Virus record (IMG/VR): IMGVR_UViG_3300037454_000478
Coordinates: 1-58,448 of that record
Length of the DNA: 58,448 nucleotides
Strand: one strand, 5' to 3'
Source: a virus
Lineage: Duplodnaviria; Heunggongvirae; Uroviricota; Caudoviricetes
Shown here: positions 19,444 to 27,762 of the stretch, in pieces
Position numbering within the stretch: the stretch's first letter is position 1
Layout of the letters: the number at the start of each line of letters is the position of its first letter
Position numbers and translations under genes: made by a program
The notes under the pieces: generated by a model
What the model saw: only the letters and a program-made list of their open reading frames with translations
The model's database searches: none
What the model was told of the DNA's origin: nothing

Positions 19444-19839
19444 ATGTCTTGGCAGGAAATTTTAGACATCCTTAAAGAGTGTGCCCATTTTGAACTGGAA
19501 GAAGCCAGTTACGGGCTCACAGGATTCGGGGCTATCAATATGTGTCCGGAATGCCGGGAAATGTCCGTGGAACATTATCGCATGGTGCATTATCCACATG
19601 CCGTACAAAAATTGGAATCTTTACCCTGGACAAAAATCGTCAAGGATCCACGCTCACCAAAGGCCGGCGAATATCCGACCAAAAATGGAACCTACATCAC
19701 CATGATGGATTGCAACGAACATGAGGTATGTACCAATATGTTCTATGATGGCCACTTTGGTTGGATGAATAAGACCCATGTTAAGTGGTGGATGCCGTTA
19801 CCGGATATATCGGAAATCAAACATTTAATTAAGCATTGA
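19444..19839 (+). CDS. hypothetical protein with DUF551-like C-terminus
   Basis: Ends VKWWMPLP; CPEC motif. Confidence 0.65.
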   Translation: MSWQEILDILKECAHFELEEASYGLTGFGAINMCPECREMSVEHYRMVHYPHAVQKLESLPWTKIVKDPRSPKAGEYPTKNGTYITMMDCNEHEVCTNMFYDGHFGWMNKTHVKWWMPLPDISEIKHLIKH

Positions 19840-19840
19840 T

Positions 19841-20302
19841 ATGACTACGCAGCAAATTGACTTTTTCTTAATAACCACAGCGTTCAAGAAGGAACACCCG
19901 GTCATTTTATGGTTGGATGATGAACGTGATCCCAACGGCCGTTACTATGATTCGTATGATGATGACAACCCAAATAAGACATGGGTTGAATACATCACCG
20001 GCAGAACCAACCGTGGTAATTGGGAGGTTGTATGGGTGAAGAACTATGCAGAGTTCGTCAACCATATCGAAACCGCCGGTATCCCGGATGTGGTATGTTT
20101 CGACCATGACCTTGGTGAACAAAAGACCGGCAAGGATTGCGCTTGGTACCTTGTTGACACCCTTGTGGATTGTAACTCCATCGGCCCGGCAGTCCGTAGT
20201 CAGTCGTATAATCCCGGTGGTGCTGCCAGTATTTTGGACCTATTCAATGGATGGCATACCGAGTGGCTGAAACGCAATCCGGATAAAAACCCAATAAAAT
20301 AG
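19841..20302 (+). CDS. cyclic-phosphate-processing receiver (cREC)-like protein
   Basis: LWLDDERDP, FDHDLG, TGKDCAWYL, SYNPGG. Confidence 0.75.
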   Translation: MTTQQIDFFLITTAFKKEHPVILWLDDERDPNGRYYDSYDDDNPNKTWVEYITGRTNRGNWEVVWVKNYAEFVNHIETAGIPDVVCFDHDLGEQKTGKDCAWYLVDTLVDCNSIGPAVRSQSYNPGGAASILDLFNGWHTEWLKRNPDKNPIK

Positions 20303-20309
20303 TCATAAT

Positions 20310-20528
20310 ATGAACAAGCATCTTTTTCTTTTCTTATGGTTCACTGTAACAGCCATCCTGTTATTCGTATGGGATAGTTACAAGATCAAACATAACAAAT
20401 ACGACATACCAGTTCATACGGACTGGCGGTACGGCGGTGTATGGAGATGGGTATATAATTGGGGGTGGATGACCGTTGGCATGGCAGTGACCGAATTTAA
20501 CAAGTTTGTGGGTCTAACATCGGACTAA
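20310..20528 (+). CDS. small membrane protein
   Basis: Hydrophobic N-terminus, Trp-rich. Confidence 0.6.
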   Translation: MNKHLFLFLWFTVTAILLFVWDSYKIKHNKYDIPVHTDWRYGGVWRWVYNWGWMTVGMAVTEFNKFVGLTSD

Positions 20529-20541
20529 TAAAAATCGCGTA

Positions 20542-20600
20542 TAACGCGAGATCTTGCGCATCTCATATAGTTATATCGGGGCATCCGGGATCTCGCGTTA
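20542..20600. repeat. palindromic intergenic element, copy A
   Basis: 12 bp inverted repeat TAACGCGAGATC / GATCTCGCGTTA around a central TATAGTTAT. Confidence 0.7.
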
Positions 20601-20633
20601 AATCGCATAAAAACGCGCAAAAAACAGATTTTT

Positions 20634-20870
20634 ATGAGTGAAGTACATCTTACAAGGAAATCCTACACGAAATTGATTTATCAGGATATAGATTGGCTGA
20701 TACAAAACACCCGATCCGGTATCGAACGTGCCCATATCATCCAAGTCCTCAAGGATTCGATAAACCTATATTATGGAGACCCGAAGGAAACTCCATCGGA
20801 GGAGGTAAATACCGGTATAGGTAATGGCCTCATAATAAGTATTGATAAAGGTCATGGCACTGGTTTATAA
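20634..20870 (+). CDS. hypothetical protein
   Basis: 78 aa ORF. Confidence 0.6.
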   Translation: MSEVHLTRKSYTKLIYQDIDWLIQNTRSGIERAHIIQVLKDSINLYYGDPKETPSEEVNTGIGNGLIISIDKGHGTGL

Positions 20871-21420
20871 AGTTGGTAATATATTTGATAGTAATTGTCA
20901 AACCCTCGTTAATACCGTTAATTGTCAAGGTGTGATGGGTAAGGGACTTGCGTTGCAATTTAAGACGCAGTACCCATTAATGTTTGTGGCATATAAAAAA
21001 GCATGCCGCTGTGGAGATATCCGGCAGGGTGGAGATATATGGATATATACCTATCATAACATACCTCAACCCAATCTATTTGAGTTGGAAGATAAAGGTG
21101 TCCGGATGGGGATGCCATTAAAGATACTTTGTTTCGCCACAAAAGAACATTGGAAGAACAAATCACAATACAACTGGATAATCCGGGGATTGCAAACCTT
21201 CCGTGCGAAATATAAGGAATGGGGTATCACAAGTATTGCATTTCCAAAATTAGGATGCACTAATGGTGGGCTCGACTGGTGGAAAGTGCAATACTATATG
21301 GAAACATTTTTAAGAGACTTGGATATCCGTGTGGAAATATGGGTTCCGGAAAAATCCGACCTGCCAAAAATGGCCCACGAAATTCAGGTTGTTAAGAATA
21401 CAGGAGATTTCATTATATAA
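20854..21420 (+). CDS. macrodomain protein (DarG-like ADP-ribosylhydrolase)
   Basis: VNTVNCQGVMGKGLALQFK, FATKEHW, SIAFPKLGCTNGGL. Confidence 0.88.
   Translation: MALVYKVGNIFDSNCQTLVNTVNCQGVMGKGLALQFKTQYPLMFVAYKKACRCGDIRQGGDIWIYTYHNIPQPNLFELEDKGVRMGMPLKILCFATKEHWKNKSQYNWIIRGLQTFRAKYKEWGITSIAFPKLGCTNGGLDWWKVQYYMETFLRDLDIRVEIWVPEKSDLPKMAHEIQVVKNTGDFII
21391..21419 (+). promoter_or_regulatory. phage promoter-like motif inside the macrodomain gene end
   Basis: GTTAAG-N17-TATATA, 25 nt upstream of ATG 21445. Confidence 0.65.
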
Positions 21421-21444
21421 TATCGAACAATAATTCAAATACAT

Positions 21445-22593
21445 ATGGGTTGTTTTAATCACAAAGCCAATTTTTCGCAACTGCCCGTCCGATACGGTGA
21501 TCGTGCTGTGGTTATTATAGGTATTTCGCCCATGGCACCCCTGCCCTCGAGCGAATCATTTTCACCGGGCCATTCGTTTACACCGATTTCAGTGCCCATC
21601 CGGGGCATATACAATGATTACGGTGGCCTTGAAAAGGTCGATAAGACCCCGGGAGTTGAAGCCCTGGAAAAATTCTTTGAAATGGATGTTGAATCCATTA
21701 TTGACGCAGCTGAACGTATATGTTGTGGCTGTGATGAAGCGACCGAGAAGGTCAGGGAGGCCATCGCAAAGCTTATGAGCATCTACAAATCAAACCCATT
21801 CCACAGCGAGGATCAGGTACATTTATCGTACATCATGGAACACGAGTCCATATTCGATTATCTCGTGAATATGTCCAACGTATCCATTGCGGATCGTTCG
21901 CATTGGCAGATCCCACAGGAATACCTTGTCGCCCTTGGGTACTCGGAGGAAAACCGCCACAAACACGATGGGTATGATGATATTATATGGATCCACAATA
22001 CCCTTCCGAAACTCCATGAACAATGTTACGTGTGGAAGGCCGAGGAGTTTGGTGATTTTGGTAAGGTTGTACATACGTTACGTGAACTGTGTGCAGTGAT
22101 TGGATGTGAAGTTCCCGAGGAATTCAATGCATCATTCTATGAGGATTGTTTCAAAAAGGATATGGACGCCATTCACAGTGTTGACATCGAATCCGAAAAA
22201 GCCAAATACATGCATCTCGTGGCCGAGAATAAAATCACCGAGGAGAAACTCGATGAAATGGTCGAGATGCTGACCAGCCACGACAGTGGAAATAAGATGT
22301 ACTCATTCATTCGCAAAAGTTTCAATCATGGTCTTTTCAGTTTCCGTGATGGGCTTTACTTCAATGAACTCATCCTTGGCACCATGGGAAGAGATAACGA
22401 GCATCTCAAACCTGAATATATGGATGATGTGGTCGCCATTACATGTCTCATGGACTCGATGTCAGCACTTGAGATGACTTGGGGAGTTACCAATTATTAC
22501 CGTCAGGATGTGAATTATGACCAACATATTGGCTTCTTGCAAAAGTGCCTTGATGTGGCTATGGATAAGAAAAAAGAATCAACCGAAGAATAA
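21445..22593 (+). CDS. hypothetical protein
   Basis: 382 aa; MGCFN...PIRGIYNDYG start seen in large phages. Confidence 0.82.
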   Translation: MGCFNHKANFSQLPVRYGDRAVVIIGISPMAPLPSSESFSPGHSFTPISVPIRGIYNDYGGLEKVDKTPGVEALEKFFEMDVESIIDAAERICCGCDEATEKVREAIAKLMSIYKSNPFHSEDQVHLSYIMEHESIFDYLVNMSNVSIADRSHWQIPQEYLVALGYSEENRHKHDGYDDIIWIHNTLPKLHEQCYVWKAEEFGDFGKVVHTLRELCAVIGCEVPEEFNASFYEDCFKKDMDAIHSVDIESEKAKYMHLVAENKITEEKLDEMVEMLTSHDSGNKMYSFIRKSFNHGLFSFRDGLYFNELILGTMGRDNEHLKPEYMDDVVAITCLMDSMSALEMTWGVTNYYRQDVNYDQHIGFLQKCLDVAMDKKKESTEE

Positions 22594-22603
22594 AAATCAA
22601 CTC

Positions 22604-23047
22604 ATGAAAGCAGAAACAAGATACATTACGTACGATGGTGTGGCATTTGTCTACGCAGAGGACGCCAAATACTATGAAATCAGCCATCGATTGCAGGCTA
22701 AACGCCGTGCCGTTGCCGGTATGGTCAGCCATTACATGGGCGAACTGTACCAAACCCGTTATCGCATCAGATCGATCCAAAACATTTTAGCGGATCTCAA
22801 CCAAAAACTCCGTAACCCGGAAGTTTACAAAACCACGGAACATATCAAGCTCATGGTCGAACGCATCAAGTACCGTGCAGACCTCCACAGCAATATTCAT
22901 CGGGCCCAGTACCTCAAGGAGGCTCGAGCAAAGTACAACATTTATTTGTCGAGGATAGATTCCGATATCAAAAGATATGCGGAGGCCCATGACGCTCTCG
23001 TAAAGAGTAGAAAAGAATCCTCGACCACCGAAAAAACCAAAAGCTAA
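22604..23047 (+). CDS. hypothetical coiled-coil protein
   Basis: Likely start MKAETRY. Confidence 0.65.
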   Translation: MKAETRYITYDGVAFVYAEDAKYYEISHRLQAKRRAVAGMVSHYMGELYQTRYRIRSIQNILADLNQKLRNPEVYKTTEHIKLMVERIKYRADLHSNIHRAQYLKEARAKYNIYLSRIDSDIKRYAEAHDALVKSRKESSTTEKTKS

Positions 23048-23049
23048 CC

Positions 23050-23280
23050 ATGTCGGAAAAACTTACAACAACGTCCATAGTTAATATTCGAGAAATCCTC
23101 GTTGGCGACAAGGTATGTGAGAAGGGTCATGATAAACCATTATTTGTGGTGGCTGCGTTTGCAGATCCCGGCGAATTGGTACCTTCCGACCATTCCGGTA
23201 CCGTATATTGTGACTTTGAAGGTAACCCCGGAGATGTCCTTGAATTTAATATTGATGAAATCGATAAAATTCTTGAGTGA
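23050..23280 (+). CDS. hypothetical protein
   Basis: 76 aa ORF in operon position. Confidence 0.65.
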   Translation: MSEKLTTTSIVNIREILVGDKVCEKGHDKPLFVVAAFADPGELVPSDHSGTVYCDFEGNPGDVLEFNIDEIDKILE

Positions 23281-23810
23281 TGTGGATTCATGGAGATAAC
23301 AATAGGGTTCTCATCCTTGATATGGATGGAACAATCGCGGACACATACAATTATCCGGATTGGGCAGGTATCCTTCGTGGACATGTGAAAGATCCATGGA
23401 CGGAATGCGGTGTTGTCGATCCCAAAGAGGTGTACCGTATGTTTGCGGATGTTAATCCAATGATTACCCCCAAAGAACTCAAGGCATTTTGTGCAGCTTG
23501 GGATGAAACCGTTGTATATTCGATGGTACCTTGGGATGCAACCGATGAGGTGGTGGAAGCCACGGTAAAAGGCAAACTATTTTGGCTCCACAAACATTAC
23601 CCATTCCTCAATAATATCGTTATCACGAAATACAAACACGAGAAGAATCGTATTGATCCGGTGGATGTCAAATACATCCATTTTGAGACTGTTCCTACAT
23701 GGTGGCAACCCAGCAAGTGGGATACCTTGGTGGATGATAACGAAAACCTATTGAAAAGTTTTGAGGGCCACACCCTACCACCGCCGTGGGCCGACCGATT
23801 AAAGCTTTAA
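23277..23810 (+). CDS. HAD-family (deoxy)nucleotidase-like protein
   Basis: LILDMDGTIAD, K..WL, TLVDDN. Confidence 0.8.
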   Translation: MMWIHGDNNRVLILDMDGTIADTYNYPDWAGILRGHVKDPWTECGVVDPKEVYRMFADVNPMITPKELKAFCAAWDETVVYSMVPWDATDEVVEATVKGKLFWLHKHYPFLNNIVITKYKHEKNRIDPVDVKYIHFETVPTWWQPSKWDTLVDDNENLLKSFEGHTLPPPWADRLKL

Positions 23811-23814
23811 GTAT

Positions 23815-23985
23815 ATGGATAAGGAGAGAATTTCAAAAGAAGAATTTAAGGAAAGGCTCGAAAACCTTATCCGGGAATACGATTGGAGTTATGAAGGTGC
23901 ATGGACATTCTTTTCAACGGATGAAAGACAACATGCCAAGTATGACATTCAAATCAATATCGATCGATCATTTAGGTTAGAATAA
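23815..23985 (+). CDS. small hypothetical protein (not in ORF track)
   Basis: 56 aa, MDKERISKEEF...RSFRLE, directly after the preceding stop. Confidence 0.55.
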   Translation: MDKERISKEEFKERLENLIREYDWSYEGAWTFFSTDERQHAKYDIQINIDRSFRLE

Positions 23986-24017
23986 AAAAGAAAAGGAGGC
24001 CCGGAGGTCTCCTTTTC
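23984..24017. terminator. intrinsic terminator downstream of the capsid gene (likely bidirectional)
   Basis: GAAAAGGAGGCC-CGGA-GGTCTCCTTTTC with a flanking A run. Confidence 0.75.
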
Positions 24018-24046
24018 AGGTATTCTATTCAGTACTTACGCACCGA

Positions 24047-25879
24047 TTAGATAAGGGTAGATTCGTCAAAGTCCACCATGAAGGTGTAGTAGTTCTGCTC
24101 CGGATACCATCCAGTATCAACAATAGCGAAGCGGCTGTTGATGAGGATCTTTGGAGACATAGTACCTTCGGCGATGATCTGAACTTGGTCGGCGAGGATG
24201 TATGGCATGAATACCACACCACTACCTTGGACACGGTTGTTGTTGACAACAGCCTTACGGCCAACGCAGATACGAGTGTCGTCCCACTTCATGTAAGGAT
24301 CAACGTAGATCTTGAGGCCGGCGAGCGTACCAGCGAAGTAGAGGGACTCTTCACCACCTTGTACGAGGTCATTCACCATTGGGGCAGGAACGAAACCAGC
24401 GCAGTCCTGAAGTGCGGTGAGGATTTGAGCGTTGGTGACGGCCCACTGACCACGGCCACGGCGAGTCACGGAAGCGATGAGGTTCGAAGCGGCAAGCATA
24501 CGGCTCATGATACGGCGTTGGTGAGTGATAACGTTTTCGGCGTTAGTGTTGACAATGGCGGGCTTGATGGTCACATTCTTGGCTTGGATGCCGTTGATGT
24601 TGACGAACTTCTTGTAAGGAGCACCACCCGAGAAATCGGCGAGAGTGTAGTCAGTACGAGTACCCATGTAGAGGTTGAGGTCAACATGTTGGATAGCACG
24701 TTGAGTTTCGTAGTTGGTTACACCAAGTTTGAACACGCGGTCAAGGATACGGTTGTTGAGAGCTTGAGAGATCTCGTTTTGGCAGGTTTCGATAACACCA
24801 CCAAGAACATCAATACCGTAGAGCGGCATGTCTTGGAGTTGCTGACGAGTTACACCACCGGTAGCTTCGTACGAACCCATACGGACAACCTTGGAGAACA
24901 TACGGGCACCGATCATGTTACCAGTACCGGTCTCGTTCTCGGCACGGCTCATCGGATCATCGGAAGGATTACCGTTGCCATCACCGAAGAAGTTGGAGAA
25001 GGACTGGATGTGGTCAGTCACACCCTTCACGAGTTCAGGAACCACAGCGTAGTAAGTAGCAGCAGCGGCTGGGACATAACCCGGTTCACCTTCAGTACCT
25101 TCAGCATTGGTAGCCGGGGTCTTGGTGTTGATGGTGTAACCATTGATGGTCACAGCGGCGTTTTGAGTACCACGGAAGCACTGTGCGATGGAAATGTTTG
25201 CGAAGTCACTACCGGTTTCACCATTGGTGCAAGACTTAACCTGCATGATAATGGCGCCGTTGATACGGGAAACACCCATGAAGAGACCAGTGAACACACC
25301 GTTATCAGTGGTAACACTATATTCAGCAAAATTCTCGAGGTGTTGAGCTGCTTCATAGAGGCCATCGAGGTCTTGTGAAGTAAGAGCAATGTAGATAGGC
25401 TTGTTGTCAGCACCATTACCCTTACCGTCCATGGCGGTTTCGTTGATGAGACCAAGCTTACCACCGGCGTATGGATAATCATTCCAAGTGAGGATGACCA
25501 TTGGGCCAGCGGCCGGAACAACAGGAACGAGGTCGAAACCGATAGTCACAGCGGCGATTTCAAGAGCGGTCGAAAGAGTGCTCATTGGAACATCACCGGA
25601 ACCCTTTACGTATGCAGGATCGTGGAAAGCTGCACCGTTAACAGGATCGAACTCGGCACCCGGGGTACCCTGTGGGAGCATAGGGTTAGCAATACCCATG
25701 GTGTTAAGCGGAGTCTGATTGATGGCGTTATAACCAGCTGCACCAGGAGTCTCAACACCTTCGTGGATGGCGTGGATCTGTGCATACTGGGCCATCCAGT
25801 TGACTTTCTGCTTGTCAGTTACGTGAAGCTCTTCAGTAATAAGAGCGGCGTACTTCTTTTGAGATTCGTTGAGTAACAT
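24047..25879 (-). CDS. major capsid protein, T4 gp23-like
   Basis: MLLNES reads from the reverse complement at 25879, so the track strand label is wrong; FDLVPVVPAAGP, EISQALNNRIL, RRGRGQWAV, FAGTLAGLKIYVDPY, VFMPYI, PKILINSRFA; strongly biased codon usage. Confidence 0.9.
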   Translation of the reverse strand: MLLNESQKKYAALITEELHVTDKQKVNWMAQYAQIHAIHEGVETPGAAGYNAINQTPLNTMGIANPMLPQGTPGAEFDPVNGAAFHDPAYVKGSGDVPMSTLSTALEIAAVTIGFDLVPVVPAAGPMVILTWNDYPYAGGKLGLINETAMDGKGNGADNKPIYIALTSQDLDGLYEAAQHLENFAEYSVTTDNGVFTGLFMGVSRINGAIIMQVKSCTNGETGSDFANISIAQCFRGTQNAAVTINGYTINTKTPATNAEGTEGEPGYVPAAAATYYAVVPELVKGVTDHIQSFSNFFGDGNGNPSDDPMSRAENETGTGNMIGARMFSKVVRMGSYEATGGVTRQQLQDMPLYGIDVLGGVIETCQNEISQALNNRILDRVFKLGVTNYETQRAIQHVDLNLYMGTRTDYTLADFSGGAPYKKFVNINGIQAKNVTIKPAIVNTNAENVITHQRRIMSRMLAASNLIASVTRRGRGQWAVTNAQILTALQDCAGFVPAPMVNDLVQGGEESLYFAGTLAGLKIYVDPYMKWDDTRICVGRKAVVNNNRVQGSGVVFMPYILADQVQIIAEGTMSPKILINSRFAIVDTGWYPEQNYYTFMVDFDESTLI

Positions 25880-26024
25880 AATGTTATTTCTTTGTTTTTT
25901 TTTCCTATACGGATACGAGGTTCTATGTTGAAAACCTCATATAAATAATGTAATCACATATAAATTATTGTTAATGATATGATAATCAAACAATTAACTG
26001 CAAAAAACTGTATGTAACTGCAAT

Positions 26025-26050
26025 AAAAAAGCCCGGTTTTCGCCGGACTT
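26025..26050 (-). terminator. probable intrinsic terminator
   Basis: Imperfect stem AAGCCCGG/CCGGACTT followed by a T run on the minus strand. Confidence 0.55.
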
Positions 26051-26089
26051 ATATAATAAAAGGTGTATTTTACGACATGGATTAGTCGC

Positions 26090-27010
26090 TTATAGAGGCA
26101 TATTATTGAAGGCTTCCAACAAATAGGTGGAAAGAGGTTCCATACACTCGGGTACATTAAGTGTTTGTTGCGCGAGTTTGATACCGGCCTCCTTGGCATC
26201 ACCCTTTGGAGTACCTACCTCACCCGGGCCTACCCGTATCATTGACTTCATAATACCCACGATTCTACGGCGGGAACGTTCGTCCTTGATGCGTTTGGCC
26301 ACAATATTAATAATGTCTTCGTATTCACTATCCATATCATAATCCTTGAGCAGCCACTTCACATCATCCCAATTATTCGAACGCCATACCTCTGTGCGGG
26401 ATATTTCCTTGAAATCACTGGAAAGGTTTACTAAACGTAACGATAGACCCGCAGTTGACAATACAAACTCGTATTCCTGCCCGGACTGTGGATCCGGCAA
26501 TTCGGTCAAATCAAAATGACGAAATATACCGGTTGGATTCTCATGTTGAAGCAATACACGCACCAAACCCTGGAAAAGAGCCTGTTTTTGGGCGTTAAGG
26601 TTAAGGAATGAACGTTGGAAAGTGGCATCATTCCTCGTTGTAACCAATATATTGTCAATCTGTACCGGGTCGGAAGTACCATGGATGGGGAAACCGCATG
26701 TTACGATGGCACCAAATAGTTGGGCCTTATCTCCTTGACGTTTACCCGCAGTGAATGGGATGGTAACGTCATCAGGTAGGTTATCGAGATAGGATTTGAA
26801 ATCCTTTTTAAGTTTCTTGATATCTTTGGCATCAATGTATACCACAAGGTCTATATCACCATGATCTTTCTTGGTACCGGCATTATACGATCCCGTGATC
26901 GAACAATCCTGAAAACCCGGGAATGGTTTAAGTACTTTCTCAATATAATCATTGAGTGTTGGCTGTACATCACCGCGATTAATTCTGTGTCCTCCTATTG
27001 AACCTGACAT
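26090..27010 (-). CDS. Pol-beta-superfamily nucleotidyltransferase with C-terminal CTS-like peptide
   Basis: ITGSY...HGDIDLVV and VQID; ends MEPLSTYLLEAF. Confidence 0.75.
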   Translation of the reverse strand: MSGSIGGHRINRGDVQPTLNDYIEKVLKPFPGFQDCSITGSYNAGTKKDHGDIDLVVYIDAKDIKKLKKDFKSYLDNLPDDVTIPFTAGKRQGDKAQLFGAIVTCGFPIHGTSDPVQIDNILVTTRNDATFQRSFLNLNAQKQALFQGLVRVLLQHENPTGIFRHFDLTELPDPQSGQEYEFVLSTAGLSLRLVNLSSDFKEISRTEVWRSNNWDDVKWLLKDYDMDSEYEDIINIVAKRIKDERSRRRIVGIMKSMIRVGPGEVGTPKGDAKEAGIKLAQQTLNVPECMEPLSTYLLEAFNNMPL

Positions 27011-27026
27011 ATTCGATTATGTTTAA

Positions 27027-27419
27027 TTAACAATCCTGCCATCCGGCATTCATATTATTCCTTGTAGCCCTCTTAATAGCGTGTGATTTGTTTATCCAAT
27101 CAGCATCGTAAAGACCGGATGGCCCCTCCACCATTTCAAGGGTCTCGGCATTTTTGAATTTTTTGAAAACATCCGAGATAAACGATTCACTATCCACATA
27201 TTTTGCAACTTCATATCCATTGAATCCGGATTTGCGAGTCATGTTTTTCAGTACAGTACCACTAAACTCAATCAAATTCCCGGAGGAATCTTTCATGACG
27301 AGTGCCACTTGTCCTCGAGAGGTACCGTTATCCCCGGTAAAGTACAAATGATATAAATTTGTATTATTTGAGGCTTCAGCCACAAGGGATTCATTTATAA
27401 AATCCATAAGTGATTTCAT
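27027..27419 (-). CDS. putative internal virion protein (CTS-like N-terminus)
   Basis: Starts MKSLMDFINESLVAEA. Confidence 0.72.
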   Translation of the reverse strand: MKSLMDFINESLVAEASNNTNLYHLYFTGDNGTSRGQVALVMKDSSGNLIEFSGTVLKNMTRKSGFNGYEVAKYVDSESFISDVFKKFKNAETLEMVEGPSGLYDADWINKSHAIKRATRNNMNAGWQDC

Positions 27420-27428
27420 AACGCGTTA

Positions 27429-27755
27429 TTAGTCAATTTTTTGAAGCTCCGTACTCTCCTTGCTATAGACATCACGTTGCTTTATAATGAGTTTATCTCC
27501 GGTTTTTTCGTTCCACAAACCAGTAATTATTGAGTGGGAACCTTTGCTGGTGTACTGCAATTTCCATGCTTGATACGTGACGGAGTATTCAACACACCAT
27601 ACCTGTGCGGCTTTTTGGGAGGTACATATTTCCATGATTTCCGTTGGGAAATGTCCGGACGGATTTGAAGGCTGCATCTCGATCACCCACATAACACGGG
27701 TTGCTTCGTTTATAGAGATATTACCCAAATATTCGGATAAATTTTTCATATTCAT
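27429..27755 (-). CDS. putative internal virion protein (CTS-like N-terminus)
   Basis: Starts (MN)MKNLSEYLGNISINEA. Confidence 0.7.
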   Translation of the reverse strand: MNMKNLSEYLGNISINEATRVMWVIEMQPSNPSGHFPTEIMEICTSQKAAQVWCVEYSVTYQAWKLQYTSKGSHSIITGLWNEKTGDKLIIKQRDVYSKESTELQKID

Positions 27756-27762
27756 TTAGGCT

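Noticed and set aside
24185-25378. 397 aa antisense ORF overlapping the capsid gene
   Set aside because: It is in register with the capsid codons and has no recognisable motifs. It is explained by a highly expressed gene avoiding TTA, CTA and TCA codons.
24047-25879. ORF track lists the 610 aa capsid ORF on the + strand
   Set aside because: The + strand at 24047 reads TTAGATAAGG, and ATGTTACTCAACGAA is the reverse complement ending at 25879, so the gene is on the minus strand.
25995-26025. AACTG repeated three times upstream of the capsid gene
   Set aside because: Short and irregularly spaced; not distinguishable from chance without comparative data.
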